Position numbers and translations under genes: made by a program | The notes under the pieces: generated by a model | The model's database searches: none | Told to the model about the DNA's origin: nothing | What the model saw: the letters and a program-made list of their open reading frames with translations, nothing else | Shown: piece by piece, positions 34,908 to 46,124 of the stretch | How the letters are laid out: each line of letters begins with the position of its first letter | How positions within the stretch are numbered: position 1 is the first letter of the stretch | Assembly (NCBI RefSeq): GCF_028641065.1 | Contig: NC_073387.1 | Coordinates: forward strand, 21,762,001 to 21,826,000 | Reading direction: 5' to 3' | Length of the DNA: 64,000 nucleotides | Origin: Leucoraja erinacea | Taxonomy: Eukaryota

Positions 34908-36008
34908 CATTCCGGAAGTGGCGGCGCTGTGAAACGGCTGCGGCTCCCCTGCAGTCTGTCTGTTTTTACTTTTTTGTGTTGGGTTTTTTTTTGTCTTGTT
35001 CAGTTAAACTTTTGGTTATTAGGTTGTGTTATGTGTGGGTTGGGGGGGGGGGAGTGAAACAGGGATTTCTGTCTCTCCCTTCGGAGGAATGCGACTTTCG
35101 TGTCGTATCCCCCTTCTCTTCCCCCATCTGAGCTGAGGCCTAATGGCGGAGCTGGCGGCCTCCAACCTGCGACCGACCTCGAGGATCCGGAGGTAGAGCC
35201 AGCCAGGACTCACCAACGCCAGACTGGCCGCCTTCGAGCTGCGGCGGCGTTCGGGCAGCGGCACGATTCGGCGCTCCGGTGAGGGTGGACGGCGCGGGGG
35301 TGAGACACTCCTGTGACGGCGGCCCGGCTCCGGGCTGGAAGGCGCTCCCGTGTGGGCGGCCGGGTGCGGGCTGGAAGGCTCTCCCGTGTGGGCGGCCCGG
35401 TGCGGGGCTGGAAGGCGCTCCCGTGTGGGCGGCCCGGCTCCCGGCTGGAAGGCGCTCCCGTGTGGGTGGCCCGGCTCCCGGCTGGAAGGTGCTCCCGTGA
35501 GGACGGCCCGGCTCCCGGCTGGAAGGCGCTCCCATGGGGGTGGCACGGTGCGGGGCTGAGCCGCTCCAGTGTGGGCGGCCCGGTGCGGGGCGGAGACGGT
35601 GCTCCTGGTGGCTGAGGCGGCGGCGACCTGAATCCGGGGCTCGGCTGCGGGCCAGTGGATGACATCGTCGGGAGTTCGCGGGTCACAGGTTGATGCCTGT
35701 TTTCCGGAGCTCCCATGGCAACAGCTGCGTCCGCTGGACTGGAGGGCGGCAGCTTCCACCACCCCCGGGCCGCGGAGCTTGAACCGCGGGACTGACTTAC
35801 CATCGCCCGGTGGGGTATCGCCTCAGCACAGAGGGAGAAGAGGAGGGAAGATACAGCAACCCTAAGGCTTTTGACTCCATCACAGTGAGGAGGTGCTTGG
35901 TGAACTCACTGTGGTGGATGTTAATTTGTGTTTATTGTGTGTTGTTTATTATTACATGTATGGCTGCAGGCAACGACTTTTCGTTCAGACCAGAAGAGTA
36001 CTGAAATG
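34908..36008 (+). mobile_element. Non-autonomous non-LTR retroelement with internal 36-37-bp GC-rich VNTR (copy 2, apparently near full length)
   Basis: 5' GGAAGTGGCGGCGCTG, T-rich tract, about 8 VNTR units at 35318-35610. The 3' region matches copy 1 (131-904) and ends in TTTCGTTCAGACC. Confidence 0.75.
35318..35610 (+). repeat. GC-rich minisatellite, unit ~GGCGGCCCGGCTCCCGGCTGGAAGGCGCTCCCGTGTG (37 bp) x ~8
   Basis: Units start at about 35318, 35355, 35391, 35428, 35465 and 35502, followed by two degenerate units. Confidence 0.9.
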
Positions 36009-36011
36009 AAG

Positions 36012-36225
36012 ACACACGAGACTGCGGTTGCCTGGAGCAACAGGCAGTCTGATTGAACAACCTAGCAGGTCGAACAGTATCTGTGGAAGAAAATGGATAG
36101 CCGATGATTCGAGTCGGGACGCTTTATCTGTATCAAGTGGAGCCCAGATGAAGGACCCCAACGAAACGCTGTACTAATTCCTCAGAAGGTGTTCAAACAG
36201 CTGTTCCTCCGGCAGTATGATCATT
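36012..36225. mobile_element. Old fold-back pair of Penelope-like terminal fragments
   Basis: Minus-oriented arm (..AGCAGGTCGAACAGTATCTGTGG..GATTCGAGTCGGGAC..) followed by a plus-oriented arm (CAGATGAAGGACCCCAACGAAACG..). Confidence 0.45.
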
Positions 36226-36439
36226 GCTAAACAATTCTATGAGCAGTATTCCATCGTCTCCTTATTTTCTGTAGCCCTGCAGGTAAATCTATGGAGTATA
36301 TCCATCAATTCCATTCTGCTCAATTTCATCCATGAATCTACACAACCTCTGATTTGCTGTTGCCACTTAACTGACCATCACATTCGTTGAGGGTGTGTGT
36401 GTGTGGGGGGGGGGGGGGGGGGGGGGGCACATCATGTTG

Positions 36440-38300
36440 AGGAATGTCTCACAGATATGTCGTGCAAGTTCCCTGCAGTCGGCATTCGAATTCAGGATCG
36501 AACTTGCGACACGCAGCTGTGAGACAACATCATTGAACGCTGCGCCACCACGCGGCAATGTGGAAATTGAGCAGATGTGAAGTCACGACGTCTAAGGTGT
36601 AAAGAACAATTCGCCATTAATGTTCAAGATAAGGGGACATTGCGAGAGTAAATTTTGCTCCCCGATTTTCCTAACTGTTTTGAGCTCAACTCTTCGTTCA
36701 ACGTTTCATTATGTGCCCAATTTAACAATTGAAGTCAGTTGCTCTCATAGTTTGATGAATCGGATCCGAATCTATTTCCGTTGAAATAATCTTGCTGAAT
36801 TAGTCCCATTTTCCGCTGCCCGAACCACCACCGCTACCACAGCTGGTCCCCTTCATGAAGCAATTACTGAAAATGTGTATTTTTGATACCAGTTGAATAC
36901 TAGGTGAAGACTAAGTCCAGCAGTTCTTCCATTTCAGCGTCAAAATTAAAGACTCATAGAAGCGTTAGTTTTCGGACATATTCAGTATCAACTCATTTTC
37001 CAAATTCACTTCCAACGCATTTGGCAGAAGAGCCAAACCGCAGTTTCTAAGCTGACATCCCCCATGTGTAGAATTTAAAGACATTGTTCACATTCACAAC
37101 GAATGCGAGTCTTATCAACCGATGGTATGTTTCTGAGGAGGTGGGCGAAATGACACAGGCGCCTCATCACCCATTTTCCGATGCGTAAACACAGCAGTGT
37201 CACAATTTTCCACGGATTTCATTCTTCAAACGATTATCACAACTCTTGCTTCAATGTTGGACTCTGCTACTGTCCACATTAATTGGCGTACGTGAACTGC
37301 TCTTGGGCAGGAGGGTTCTTCTTCAAAGGGCCCCTGCGAGAAACGGCACTTTTAGCTTTGTCTGGGACATAGAAGGAACAGAAAGCCATTAAACACAATC
37401 CATTTGGAACAATGCGTTTGGCATCTCGTGTAGCATAATATCAAGGGCAGAAGCAATTACATTAATTCCGATTTTGGGGATGTGGTTGAGTGATGTCATA
37501 TAATCAAGATGTTTTCATACACTTGTTCTTTATTATGATATAACGAGCCTCAGCACTCCTGAATTTTATTAGGATACATTGGGTAAATTGCATATTCGTG
37601 TTTCGGTACGGATTGCGCGCCACTGCTGATGGTACATCATTATTTACGAGATGGCTGGGATCCGGTGTTTTGGAATAACTGGCAGGCAGGAGCCCGGTTC
37701 ATCCAGAATATTGTGTCGGAAGGAACTGCAGCTGCTGATTTACACCGAAGATAGACACTAAATGCTGGAGTAATTCAGCGGGTCAGGCAGAATCCCTGGA
37801 GAAAAGGAAGAGATGACGTTTCAGGTTCAGTGGGGTCTGGACGAGAAACGACACCTATTCCTTTTCTCCAGAGATGTTGCGTGGCCCGCTGAGATACCCC
37901 AACATGTGTGTCTACCATCAGAGTATAAGTAGCCAACACGATCAGAAATGTAGGTAAATAATAAGGTAGAACACTTTGAAACTCCAGGTCCACTGTGGAT
38001 CATTGTTTCCATTGGAGCACCGTTTTATGTTCCTACCCTAGTTTTGTGCATTTTTTTCCTTTTGATAAATTAATATTAATAAGCACATCTCCTTGTGACA
38101 TACCAAATTTCTCCATTCCTCTGATGTACTTCGTATTATGCTGCTGATACTGTCGTCCGGTATCTTTTAATTTGTCGACACAACTACTGCTTTCTTAGCC
38201 CCAGAAAAATCGATGTCAAATGCATTACATCTGACTTCAACGTTGACTTGATCTCTTTTACCTCACTTTTGGAATATAATCGTGAATGGGGCCGTTTTAC
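36440..38300 (-). pseudogene. Highly decayed protocadherin exon ('ghost' 1)
   Basis: Collinear relics. 36761-36796(-) reads SKIISTEIDSDP vs TKIMATDADSGQ. GAAGCAATTAC at 36857 matches gene 6 at 59639. 38271-38294 matches the GQIRYSIP codons of gene 5 (50277-50300) at 18/24 nt. Confidence 0.6.
37718..37916. mobile_element. Fold-back pair of Penelope-like terminal repeats inserted in ghost Pcdh 1
   Basis: TAGACAC..ATGCTGGAG..TCAGCGGGTCAGGCAG..CTGGAGAAAAGGAA..GACGTTTC, then the inverted GAAACGAC..TTCCTTTTCTCCAG..GCCCGCTGAG..GTGTCTA. Confidence 0.7.
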
Positions 38301-38430
38301 AGGGGGCTGATCAAAACTCACGTGAAATTTCGACCGCACCGGAATGGGAAGTAAATTCAATATCAATGGATGTAAAGTCGTAATGGAAATTCCATTCACA
38401 CAGGGAACCAAAACTATATTGTTAAAGTTC

Positions 38431-38485
38431 TGTAATAACCGACTCCGTCACTCAATAATTGCGGCCTTATTCTGAAGGGTGACAG
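38431..38485 (-). promoter_or_regulatory. Decayed Pcdh promoter relic of ghost 1
   Basis: GTAATAACCGAC...CAATAATTGCGG...TTCTGAAGGGTGACAG resembles GTAGACAGCGAC...CAATAATTGCAG...CTCTTAAAGCGAGACTG of gene 3. The CGCT core is mutated. Confidence 0.45.
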
Positions 38486-38974
38486 TTGTTGAGACTCCAT
38501 TAAACCATTGAATGAACCATACCTCTTCTAAATCTGCGGTGATGTTCTTTGTCGTAAGTTCTATCAAATAATATATTTAGAGATTTTTTGCATTAATTAA
38601 AACATATAACCCCTCTGTGACATCGGTTACATCGTATCGCCTTTTGTATAACATGTCCTGACTTTTAAAATATACGGCACAGTTTTAGTTCTTAATTTCC
38701 CTTCACATTTTTACTTTCGTCATTTGATTATTAAGATAATCGTATTATGCACAAGCTCACAGCCAACGATTACCAACAACTTCAATCTTCAACCACACCA
38801 TTAAAGCCAAAAGAAGGGCCATACAGCATCTAAAGAAAGCGCGTTAGCAACCAATGGGACAACTAAACGAATATTCCAGCAGTATTGCAACAAATGATGA
38901 GATTCTGGTTGTAGCCAGAGAATTGCAAGAACCCTGCGGTTCAATTATGCTTTAGCCTGTATGATTCACAAACG

Positions 38975-39170
38975 GACACAAGAACCTACAGATGCTGGAA
39001 TGATGAGCAAATGGCAAAGTGCTCGAGGAACTCAGTGGGTCAGGCAGCATACGTAGAGGGAGTGGGCAGCCGACATTTTTGGTTATCAGATTGAAGGGGG
39101 GTCTAGACCTGAACTGTCACCAGTCCATTTCACCCACATATGTTGCCTGATCCGCTAAGTTGCTCCAGCG
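38975..39170. mobile_element. Old fold-back pair of Penelope-like terminal fragments
   Basis: GAGGAACTCAGTGGGTCAGGCAGCAT ... ATGTTGCCTGATCCGCTAAGTTGCTCC (inverted). Confidence 0.6.
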
Positions 39171-39982
39171 CAATGATTTAATACAGATAGTATAAAGGAC
39201 AAAATCTCACGTTATAAAGCAGGTCGAATCCTAAATATTTATCGGATCTAAACCTCCTGATTACAAATAACGTTGAGATATTTTTTGTTTAACATTATAT
39301 TTCTGTCTATATGCGCACGGTCACTGTGGCCCACGGTTTGAATTCGTCCATACTTCGCACTTAACCAAATATATTTTTATCTGTATTATATAATGCGTAG
39401 CGAGCGCAGAAGAACACATGACGAGTGGCAGAAAGCAGGCACACGCAGAGTACAATCAAAGACATGGATTACCCCGGACGCTTCCTTGGCTTGGTGCTAT
39501 AGGCGATTTCGCCAATGCATGACTGTATCACCCATGTAAAATAATGAGTAACCTGCTAAAATTTGTACACGATTCTATAGGATCAATTACATTTAAAATT
39601 GGAACAAAATACACTGCCACATAAAGGAAACCCGTTTTGAGTGCATATCGAAGCAGGGTATTAATCCATACCGAAATTAATGGGGATGATCTCGAATGTC
39701 CATACTACAGTGTTCTGGAGGAACGCAGCTTGTCAGGTAATATCTGTAGAGGGAAATGGATAGATGGCTCATTGGGTAAAGGGAGGAAGCTGGTAAAGGG
39801 AGGCGATTGGAAGGGGTTGAGGGACAGCAAGACAGGGCACGTGTAGTTGGAAACCGTCTCTGTGTCTACGATAATAGGGCTCGCTCCCAAATGGAATGCT
39901 GAACACAAATAGAGCAGGTCTATTAAGATTAATTAAACAAACGCATTACCAATTGAGGAAGAGAACATGGCTTGATAATGGT

Positions 39983-40038
<56 letters not shown>

Positions 40039-40419
40039 GAGCTTATGTAGTGCGTGGATCTGCTGTCAATAGCTGTAATGTTCGCCTTATTCAGCATAAT
40101 GGTTTAATCATTTTTAGATCATTTTCTTCCTTCTTTACACTCTTCCACAATCAGTCTACATGTCTCTTAAATTGTCTGCCCGCCAAATATGTTGTAGTGT
40201 ATACACAGAGACGAAACAGATTTGCAAGTTATGTACCTGAGCGAATATTTACCCTCAGTGTGAACAGAACAAGCTTCAGACGTGTGAATACAATTTACTA
40301 GATAATTTATTTATGATCATTACTACTACTGACATCCACTCATTTTAACCGAAAACAAAAGGCATTGGAAAGGGGATACTTTCTTGCATAATTCTCGAAT
40401 AATCATTCCCAGTCTTAGA

Positions 40420-40805
40420 TTTTGTTTTAATTTCGTTAGTCAGAGAGTGGTGAATCCGTGGAAGTCGAAACGTCAGAAACGGCTGTGGAGGCCAAGTCAA
40501 TAGATATTTCTATGGTGGAGAATGACAAATTCTTGATTAGAAAAGTTATGGGAAGAAAACATGGATGGGAAAGGAATGGATGGTTATGGTATGAGCGCAG
40601 GTAGATGGGACTAGGGGGAATAATTGTTCGACACGGACTTGTAGGGCCGAGATGGCCTGTTTCCGCGCTGCAATTGTTATATGGTTATATGGTGAAAACA
40701 TGAGAATGGGGTTCAGAGGTGAAGATAGATCAACCATAATTGAATGGCAGAGTATACTTGATGGACGAATTGACCTAATTCTGCCGCTAGAACATGAACT
40801 TGAGA
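40420..40805 (+). mobile_element. CR1 3' end fragment(s) ending ~35 nt from the gene 4 stop
   Basis: TTAGTCAGAGAGTGGTGAATCCGTGGAA...GCTGTGGAGGCCAAGTCA...AGATCAACCATAATTGAATGGCAGAGTA...; an internal piece ends in (ATATGGTT) repeats. Confidence 0.7.
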
Positions 40806-40837
40806 ACACTTGGCAAGGATTATGTTACATATCGGCG

Positions 40838-43228
40838 TTAAGCAATATTAGGATTGAGGCCAGACATCGGAGTTCCGCAAGGCTTCAAGAAGAGAAAATC
40901 GCTTTTGGCCGATTCTGGAGACAGGCAGACCGAGTAATTATGCGCCTCTGGCACGCGGGATAGCCGGCCAGTCCCTGGATAACGTAACGTTTCCTCCAAT
41001 GCAGCCCTCCGAGCAAATGCATCGTCAGAATTTCCAGGTTTGCAGCAACAACTGGTAGAATTATACTCTTGGTTGCTATTTCCATCTTGTTTACATTTGA
41101 TGCTGATCAGCAGAATGATGATCACGAGAAAGAGCACAGACGTGCAACCGAAAATGACGATCAAGTGAAGATTCAGATCAGACAAATATTCGCGATTTGT
41201 CACCAAAGTTTCACTCTCGACGATTCTTTCAGTGATATTCTCCAGAATTGTAACTTGGATTGTAACCATACTGGAGAGACTCGGCTGTCCATTATCCTTT
41301 ACTAAGATGACGAGAGTTTGTGTGGTGGCGTCGGACTCCAGTAGTTTCCGCGCGGTTCTGATTTCGCCAGAATTTTTCCCAACGTTGAACACACTGGGAT
41401 CACTTGAACTCTGCATGTGATAAAATAGCCTCGCGTTCTGACCTGAATCTGCATCATTTGCCATTATCTTCGTGACCAGGTACCCAGGGGCCGCCGACTG
41501 GGGCAGGATCACCACTGCTGCCGACCCACTTTGTTCTGTTGGTGAACCAATTACCGGTGCGTTGTCATTTTGGTCCAGGATGATCACATTCACCGTGGTG
41601 CTGCTGCTCAGCGGAGGCACCCCCGCGTCACGGGCTTGAACATGGAACTGGAAGTTTTTGAGTTTCTCATAGTCAAAAGAGCGCAGTGCATATATAGTGC
41701 CGTTCATTGAGTTAATGCTCACCTGAGTGGACAGTGGCATGTCTTGGATGCGATTTCCCAACAGGTAGTAAGAAACATATGAATTCTGGTTCAGATCCCT
41801 ATCTATCGCGGTCACTGCGAAAATCGAAGTCCCCGGAGCATTGTTTTCCATCACATATATGTTGTAGGCTGGCTCAGCAAATCGTGGTACGTTATCATTA
41901 ATATCAGCAATCACAATCTGAATAGTTTTATTTGTCGATAGTGAAGGCGATCCCAGATCCCAGGCTTCAATGTTTACTTGATACACAGGGATAGATTCAC
42001 GATCCAACGGTTCACTTGTAATCAACTCATAATGATTCATCGACGACGTTTGAAGAATGAATGGGATGTTCTTTGGAATCTCGCAGGAAACCTGCCCATT
42101 TTCTCCAGTGTCGCCGTCTATAACATTGACCAATGTTATTAAAGTTCCTGGCGAAGCATTTTCCGGAACTGTGTTCGTGGTAGACATCACTTTTACCTCG
42201 GGTGCATTGTCGTTTTCGTCAATTATCTTGACTAACACTTTCGCATGCCCTGTAGCGGCGGGAGAACCGTGGTCAACAGCTTGAACATTGAGTGAATAGC
42301 CTTTTGCTTCCTCAAAGTCTATAACCCCTTCAGTTCGAATTTCCCCGCTGTCGGGGTCCAAGCTGAACAAATCCCGACCTTTTTGTGAAGTTAGTTTGCT
42401 GAAAGAATATGTCAGCTCAGCATTTAACCCTTCATCCAGGTCAGTGGCTTCAACGTGCGCCACCAGGGTACCAAGGGGTGTGTTTTCTCTGAGGTGGCTC
42501 CTGTAAATATTCTGATTGAATACAGGAGGATTGTCGTTGTTGTCCACTACAGTAACAAGGATCTGAGCTGTGCCGGTTCTCTGAGGGGTCCCACCATCTG
42601 TCGCTGTCAGAACCAACTGAAAGGACGAGTGCAGCTCTCGGTCCAGAGGTTTCTCTAACACCAACTCAGCAATTATAATTCCATCATCCGTTCTCTGTGT
42701 CTTTAAATTAAAGTAGTCACTGGAACTGATAGTGTAAGAGGCGATTGTATTTATTCCAACGTCCGGGTCTTCCGCGCTCTCCAGAGGGTAGGCGACCCCG
42801 GGTGTCATCGTTTCGACAATCTGTAAGGCGATCGTTCCTCCCCTGAATGCGGGGGCATTGTCGTTCACATCAAGTATCTCCACCTCCCCGCGATGCACCG
42901 CTAAAGGATTTTCCAGTATTATTTTAAAGGAAATTGTACATATTGTTGCTTGCCCACAGATACGTTCTCTGTCGATTTTTTCACGCGTAGACAATATCCC
43001 ATTTTCCACGTTCATCTTCATATACTGTCCTCCGCCATCAGAAATCAGCCGAAATTTACGAGCAGACAATTGCGGTATAGCCAGTCCCAAATCTTGAGCG
43101 ATATTCCCGACCAAAGCCCCTTCCTCCATTTCCTCATAAACAGAATAGCGAATTTGTCCAGAAATCAGTCCCGTCGTACATACCAGAATTATGAAGCCAG
43201 CGACGTTGTTGATCGCCGAATTCGCCAT
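40838..43228 (-). CDS. Clustered protocadherin, gene 4 (subfamily B), 796 aa
   Basis: Signal peptide; GQIRYSVYEE; C-x5-C (CGQATIC); six EC repeats; TM LHLIVIFGCTSVLFLVIIILLISI; LRYPGTGR...YSVCLSPESAKSDFLFLKPC. Confidence 0.96.
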   Translation of the reverse strand: MANSAINNVAGFIILVCTTGLISGQIRYSVYEEMEEGALVGNIAQDLGLAIPQLSARKFRLISDGGGQYMKMNVENGILSTREKIDRERICGQATICTISFKIILENPLAVHRGEVEILDVNDNAPAFRGGTIALQIVETMTPGVAYPLESAEDPDVGINTIASYTISSSDYFNLKTQRTDDGIIIAELVLEKPLDRELHSSFQLVLTATDGGTPQRTGTAQILVTVVDNNDNPPVFNQNIYRSHLRENTPLGTLVAHVEATDLDEGLNAELTYSFSKLTSQKGRDLFSLDPDSGEIRTEGVIDFEEAKGYSLNVQAVDHGSPAATGHAKVLVKIIDENDNAPEVKVMSTTNTVPENASPGTLITLVNVIDGDTGENGQVSCEIPKNIPFILQTSSMNHYELITSEPLDRESIPVYQVNIEAWDLGSPSLSTNKTIQIVIADINDNVPRFAEPAYNIYVMENNAPGTSIFAVTAIDRDLNQNSYVSYYLLGNRIQDMPLSTQVSINSMNGTIYALRSFDYEKLKNFQFHVQARDAGVPPLSSSTTVNVIILDQNDNAPVIGSPTEQSGSAAVVILPQSAAPGYLVTKIMANDADSGQNARLFYHMQSSSDPSVFNVGKNSGEIRTARKLLESDATTQTLVILVKDNGQPSLSSMVTIQVTILENITERIVESETLVTNREYLSDLNLHLIVIFGCTSVLFLVIIILLISIKCKQDGNSNQEYNSTSCCCKPGNSDDAFARRAALEETLRYPGTGRLSRVPEAHNYSVCLSPESAKSDFLFLKPCGTPMSGLNPNIA

Positions 43229-43425
43229 TGTTCAACAATGAACTGCTTTACCAAATCGTGTACTGCTCGATTAAACAAGACAACCTGGCCTTGCCTACAA
43301 TTGTCGCAGCGATATTTTTCGGTCCTGAATGCACAAGTGTATTTGTTTTATCTTTGTCCACTGGACGCCACGGTCTAACCGCGAATTGCTCCTGTTTCTC
43401 GTCAATTCTGATCTATGGCTATGAT

Positions 43426-43532
43426 GGGGCGGGCTAATGGATCCAATGCTGCGTTTTAGGTTCTTATTGGTACACAGCGACACAACCAGTCCCTTTCTAA
43501 AATTACATCGACATTTCTTAAAGCGAGACTGC
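43426..43532 (-). promoter_or_regulatory. Pcdh promoter module (GC box, CSE, CCAAT), gene 4
   Basis: GGGGCGGG 43426, GATC 43440, ATTGG 43466, AGCG 43476, CCAGTCCC, TTAAAGC 43518. Confidence 0.85.
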
Positions 43533-43949
43533 TCTGTTAATCGTTTAATGGCGCACAACCACCAACCTTTGTCATTGACATGTCCATCAACCTAACTTGA
43601 CAATATACAAATATTCAAATCTATTTCACACATTATATTTCTATATCTGGCATTTCCCCCAGATCTGCCTCTCCCCTTTTCCAGATTTCCTCACAATCAG
43701 CCTGAAGACGTTCTATGAGATGCTGCCCGACTTCCCGATTAACTCCAACACTTTGTGTCCTCCTCTTTACCTACTGTGATACTTATGGACTACTGCACTG
43801 GCTACTACGGGGTTATCAGGGTGTGAAATTAAATTGAATATAGTGTAGTACAAAACATATTTGGTTCCACATCATTTTTGACACCGATCACACTATGAAA
43901 ATAAACATTGCCCAAAACATCTCTTGTTTCCTCTCACATTACAGTTATG

Positions 43950-44560
43950 GTCTATACGATTTGATATTTTCACGTTTAGAACAACGTTCGGACTGTCCGT
44001 CCCATCTGTGCCTCCAGTAATTGTGTAAAGTTCTATCAGCATTCTCTTTATCAATAGCAAAATAAAGTCCACGTTTTGAAAATTGTTATAGCTATTTGGC
44101 TCCTTATTGAGGCATTCTGATAAAACGCACTTTCCAAAATGCCGTTTCCTGCCAGCGAACAGGACTGCACACAAATAGACCCCAGACACAACATAATCAT
44201 TACTTCCTTACATTATTCTCCAACAGCGATGACAAAAAATACTATTTTTTCTTTAAAACTCTATCCACTGCACTCTTTCAGAGAGCTGTCGCATTGGACT
44301 CCAAGAGCACTCTGTACATCATTGGTGTTAAGTGTTCAGTCATTAACGGCATACTTTCCCTGGGACATTTCACCCCCGGAAGTGCCGCGCCTCACAAGTG
44401 CCCGCATTAAATTCCATCCATGCCTTCTCCCCCTGCGCAATTATCTTTGTGTTGATGTTCAATTGACACGTTTGTGCTGACTCTACTTTATAAATATTTG
44501 CGGCTCCTTACTTCGGGCAACTAATTCTGATAATTTTCTGCAATGTATTAGCAAACAAAT
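43950..44560 (-). mobile_element. Old degenerate CR1 fragment
   Basis: Decayed CR1 relics (AGCGAACAGGACTGCACACAA, TGGACTCCAAGAGCACTCTGTACATC, ATTAAATTCCATCC). Confidence 0.45.
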
Positions 44561-44568
44561 TGTGGCAT

Positions 44569-45224
44569 GATTTCTGTCCACTGGTCACATACCTCCAACT
44601 GGACAATACACATTTACAATGCCCTTGGCATCAAACCCAGCTGTCGGACCTATGGTTATGGAAAACGGCATGAATACGTTAAAATATTTGGCCAGAAATT
44701 AGAGGTTGGCAAGAATTTGGCCATTTGTGTGTTAGAAGGACGAACCATTTCCAATATATATCGATCCGAATAAACATAATAGTACTCCCTTCACATGACC
44801 TATTATTCTTGAGTTAAACAATTCTGCTGCTTAAAAGAGTGCTGCATGTAAGATTATTTGAACAAATTTCCATTACTTCAAACAGAGTAATTTTCTTTGC
44901 TATACGAAAACGTTTATTCGTGATTTTTCAATGTTAGTTCTTCAGGATCGGTAGATATATGCATGCTTTGTGTCGCTGACCTAACAACAACGAAAATGCG
45001 ATGGTCATGCCGTGACCAGTCGTTTGTCTCCTTAAGAGTGAAGTGGTAACAATATCGATTCTTGTACTTCCGGTTATCTTTGCGTTGCTGTTCCAATTGA
45101 CATCCTTTTTTTTTGCTGACTGCTACTTTAAAGTGTGGTTGCGGTCTTGTTTTTTTTCCTTTTTACTAACTAATGCGCGTACAATTCAGCCTTCAATGTA
45201 TATAGCAACTATTAAGTCGCGTCC

Positions 45225-45257
<33 letters not shown>

Positions 45258-45953
45258 ACCCCCCGGTGTTGATTTCTGTGGAACACCACTGGTCACATAC
45301 CTCCAGCTGGAACAATACACATTTATCACCACTGCCCTTTGGCATCTATAGATAACCCAGTTGCGGACCCATGGATACCAACGGGGTGAATACGTTAAAA
45401 TATTTGGCCAGAAATTAGAGGTTGGCAAGAATTTGGCCATTTGTGTGTTTTAGAAGGACGCACCAACCATTGGAGCTGCGGTTTGCATATCCCAACGCGG
45501 GCGATCCGAATAACAACTTGCGACTCTGCCCAATAGTAGCTGCAGACTCCGGCAGCACTGATCAGAATCCGGGCCGCTGAGGAGGAGGATGCTCACCGTC
45601 GGGGTTCGGCGTCAGCGTTCCACCAGCCCTGCGTGAGGGCCTGAACATCGGGCCACCCGGGGCGGTGACTGCGGGTGCTCGGAAGGCCCCGATTACTTCA
45701 AACAGAGTATTTTTCTTTGCTGGACTATGGTGACGTTTCCTCACCTGGGTGCCATTTTTCAATGTTGTGTTTCTTCAGGTGTTTCGTGCTTTAGTTAAAT
45801 TTTTAATTCATTTCAATTTTATTTTTCGTTTGACCTTTAATTTATTTTTAAAATGCGATGTGTAACGATACTGCCGTGTACGGGAAATTCAGTCGTTGTT
45901 CAAAGTGAGGCTCGACTTAAGAGTGAAGTGGTACAAGAATACAAGAATCGATT
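44569..45953 (+). repeat. Local direct duplication: 44569-45062 is a deletion-riddled collinear copy of 45271-45953
   Basis: An identical ~63-bp block at 44671-44733 and 45387-45449, plus collinear anchors CGATCCGAATAA, TTACTTCAAACAGAGTA, ATTTTTCAATGTT, AAAATGCGATG, CTTAAGAGTGAAGTGGTA. Confidence 0.85.
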
Positions 45954-46124
45954 CCACACACCAATTATTTTATTTTATAACACTGAAACATTCCTTTCCG
46001 AACTACAATGAAATAATAACACACACACGTGGAGTATTTTCTTGAATGCGCAATTCGCTGCATGAAAATATGGGTAGCAATCATGTCGGCCAACTTTTGC
46101 TGCTACGAGATCATTGAATCACTG

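Noticed and set aside
35318-35610. 37-bp repeats as a CRISPR array
   Set aside because: The units are contiguous with no unique spacers; eukaryotic context and no cas genes.
35019-35865. Long overlapping Pro/Ala/Arg-rich ORFs (also 504-806)
   Set aside because: These are products of a stop-poor GC-rich VNTR, with no domain motifs.
34899-35990. 9-bp inverted match GTCTGAACG / CGTTCAGAC as TIRs of the VNTR element
   Set aside because: The right-hand copy is part of the 3' hairpin, and copy 1 shows a retroposon-type tail and 5' truncation, so a DNA-transposon reading is unlikely.
39977-40017. Long G/C homopolymers (also 53-73, 36405-36427, 45225-45263) as functional G-quadruplexes
   Set aside because: Simple slippage tracts of unreliable length, with no consistent position relative to genes.
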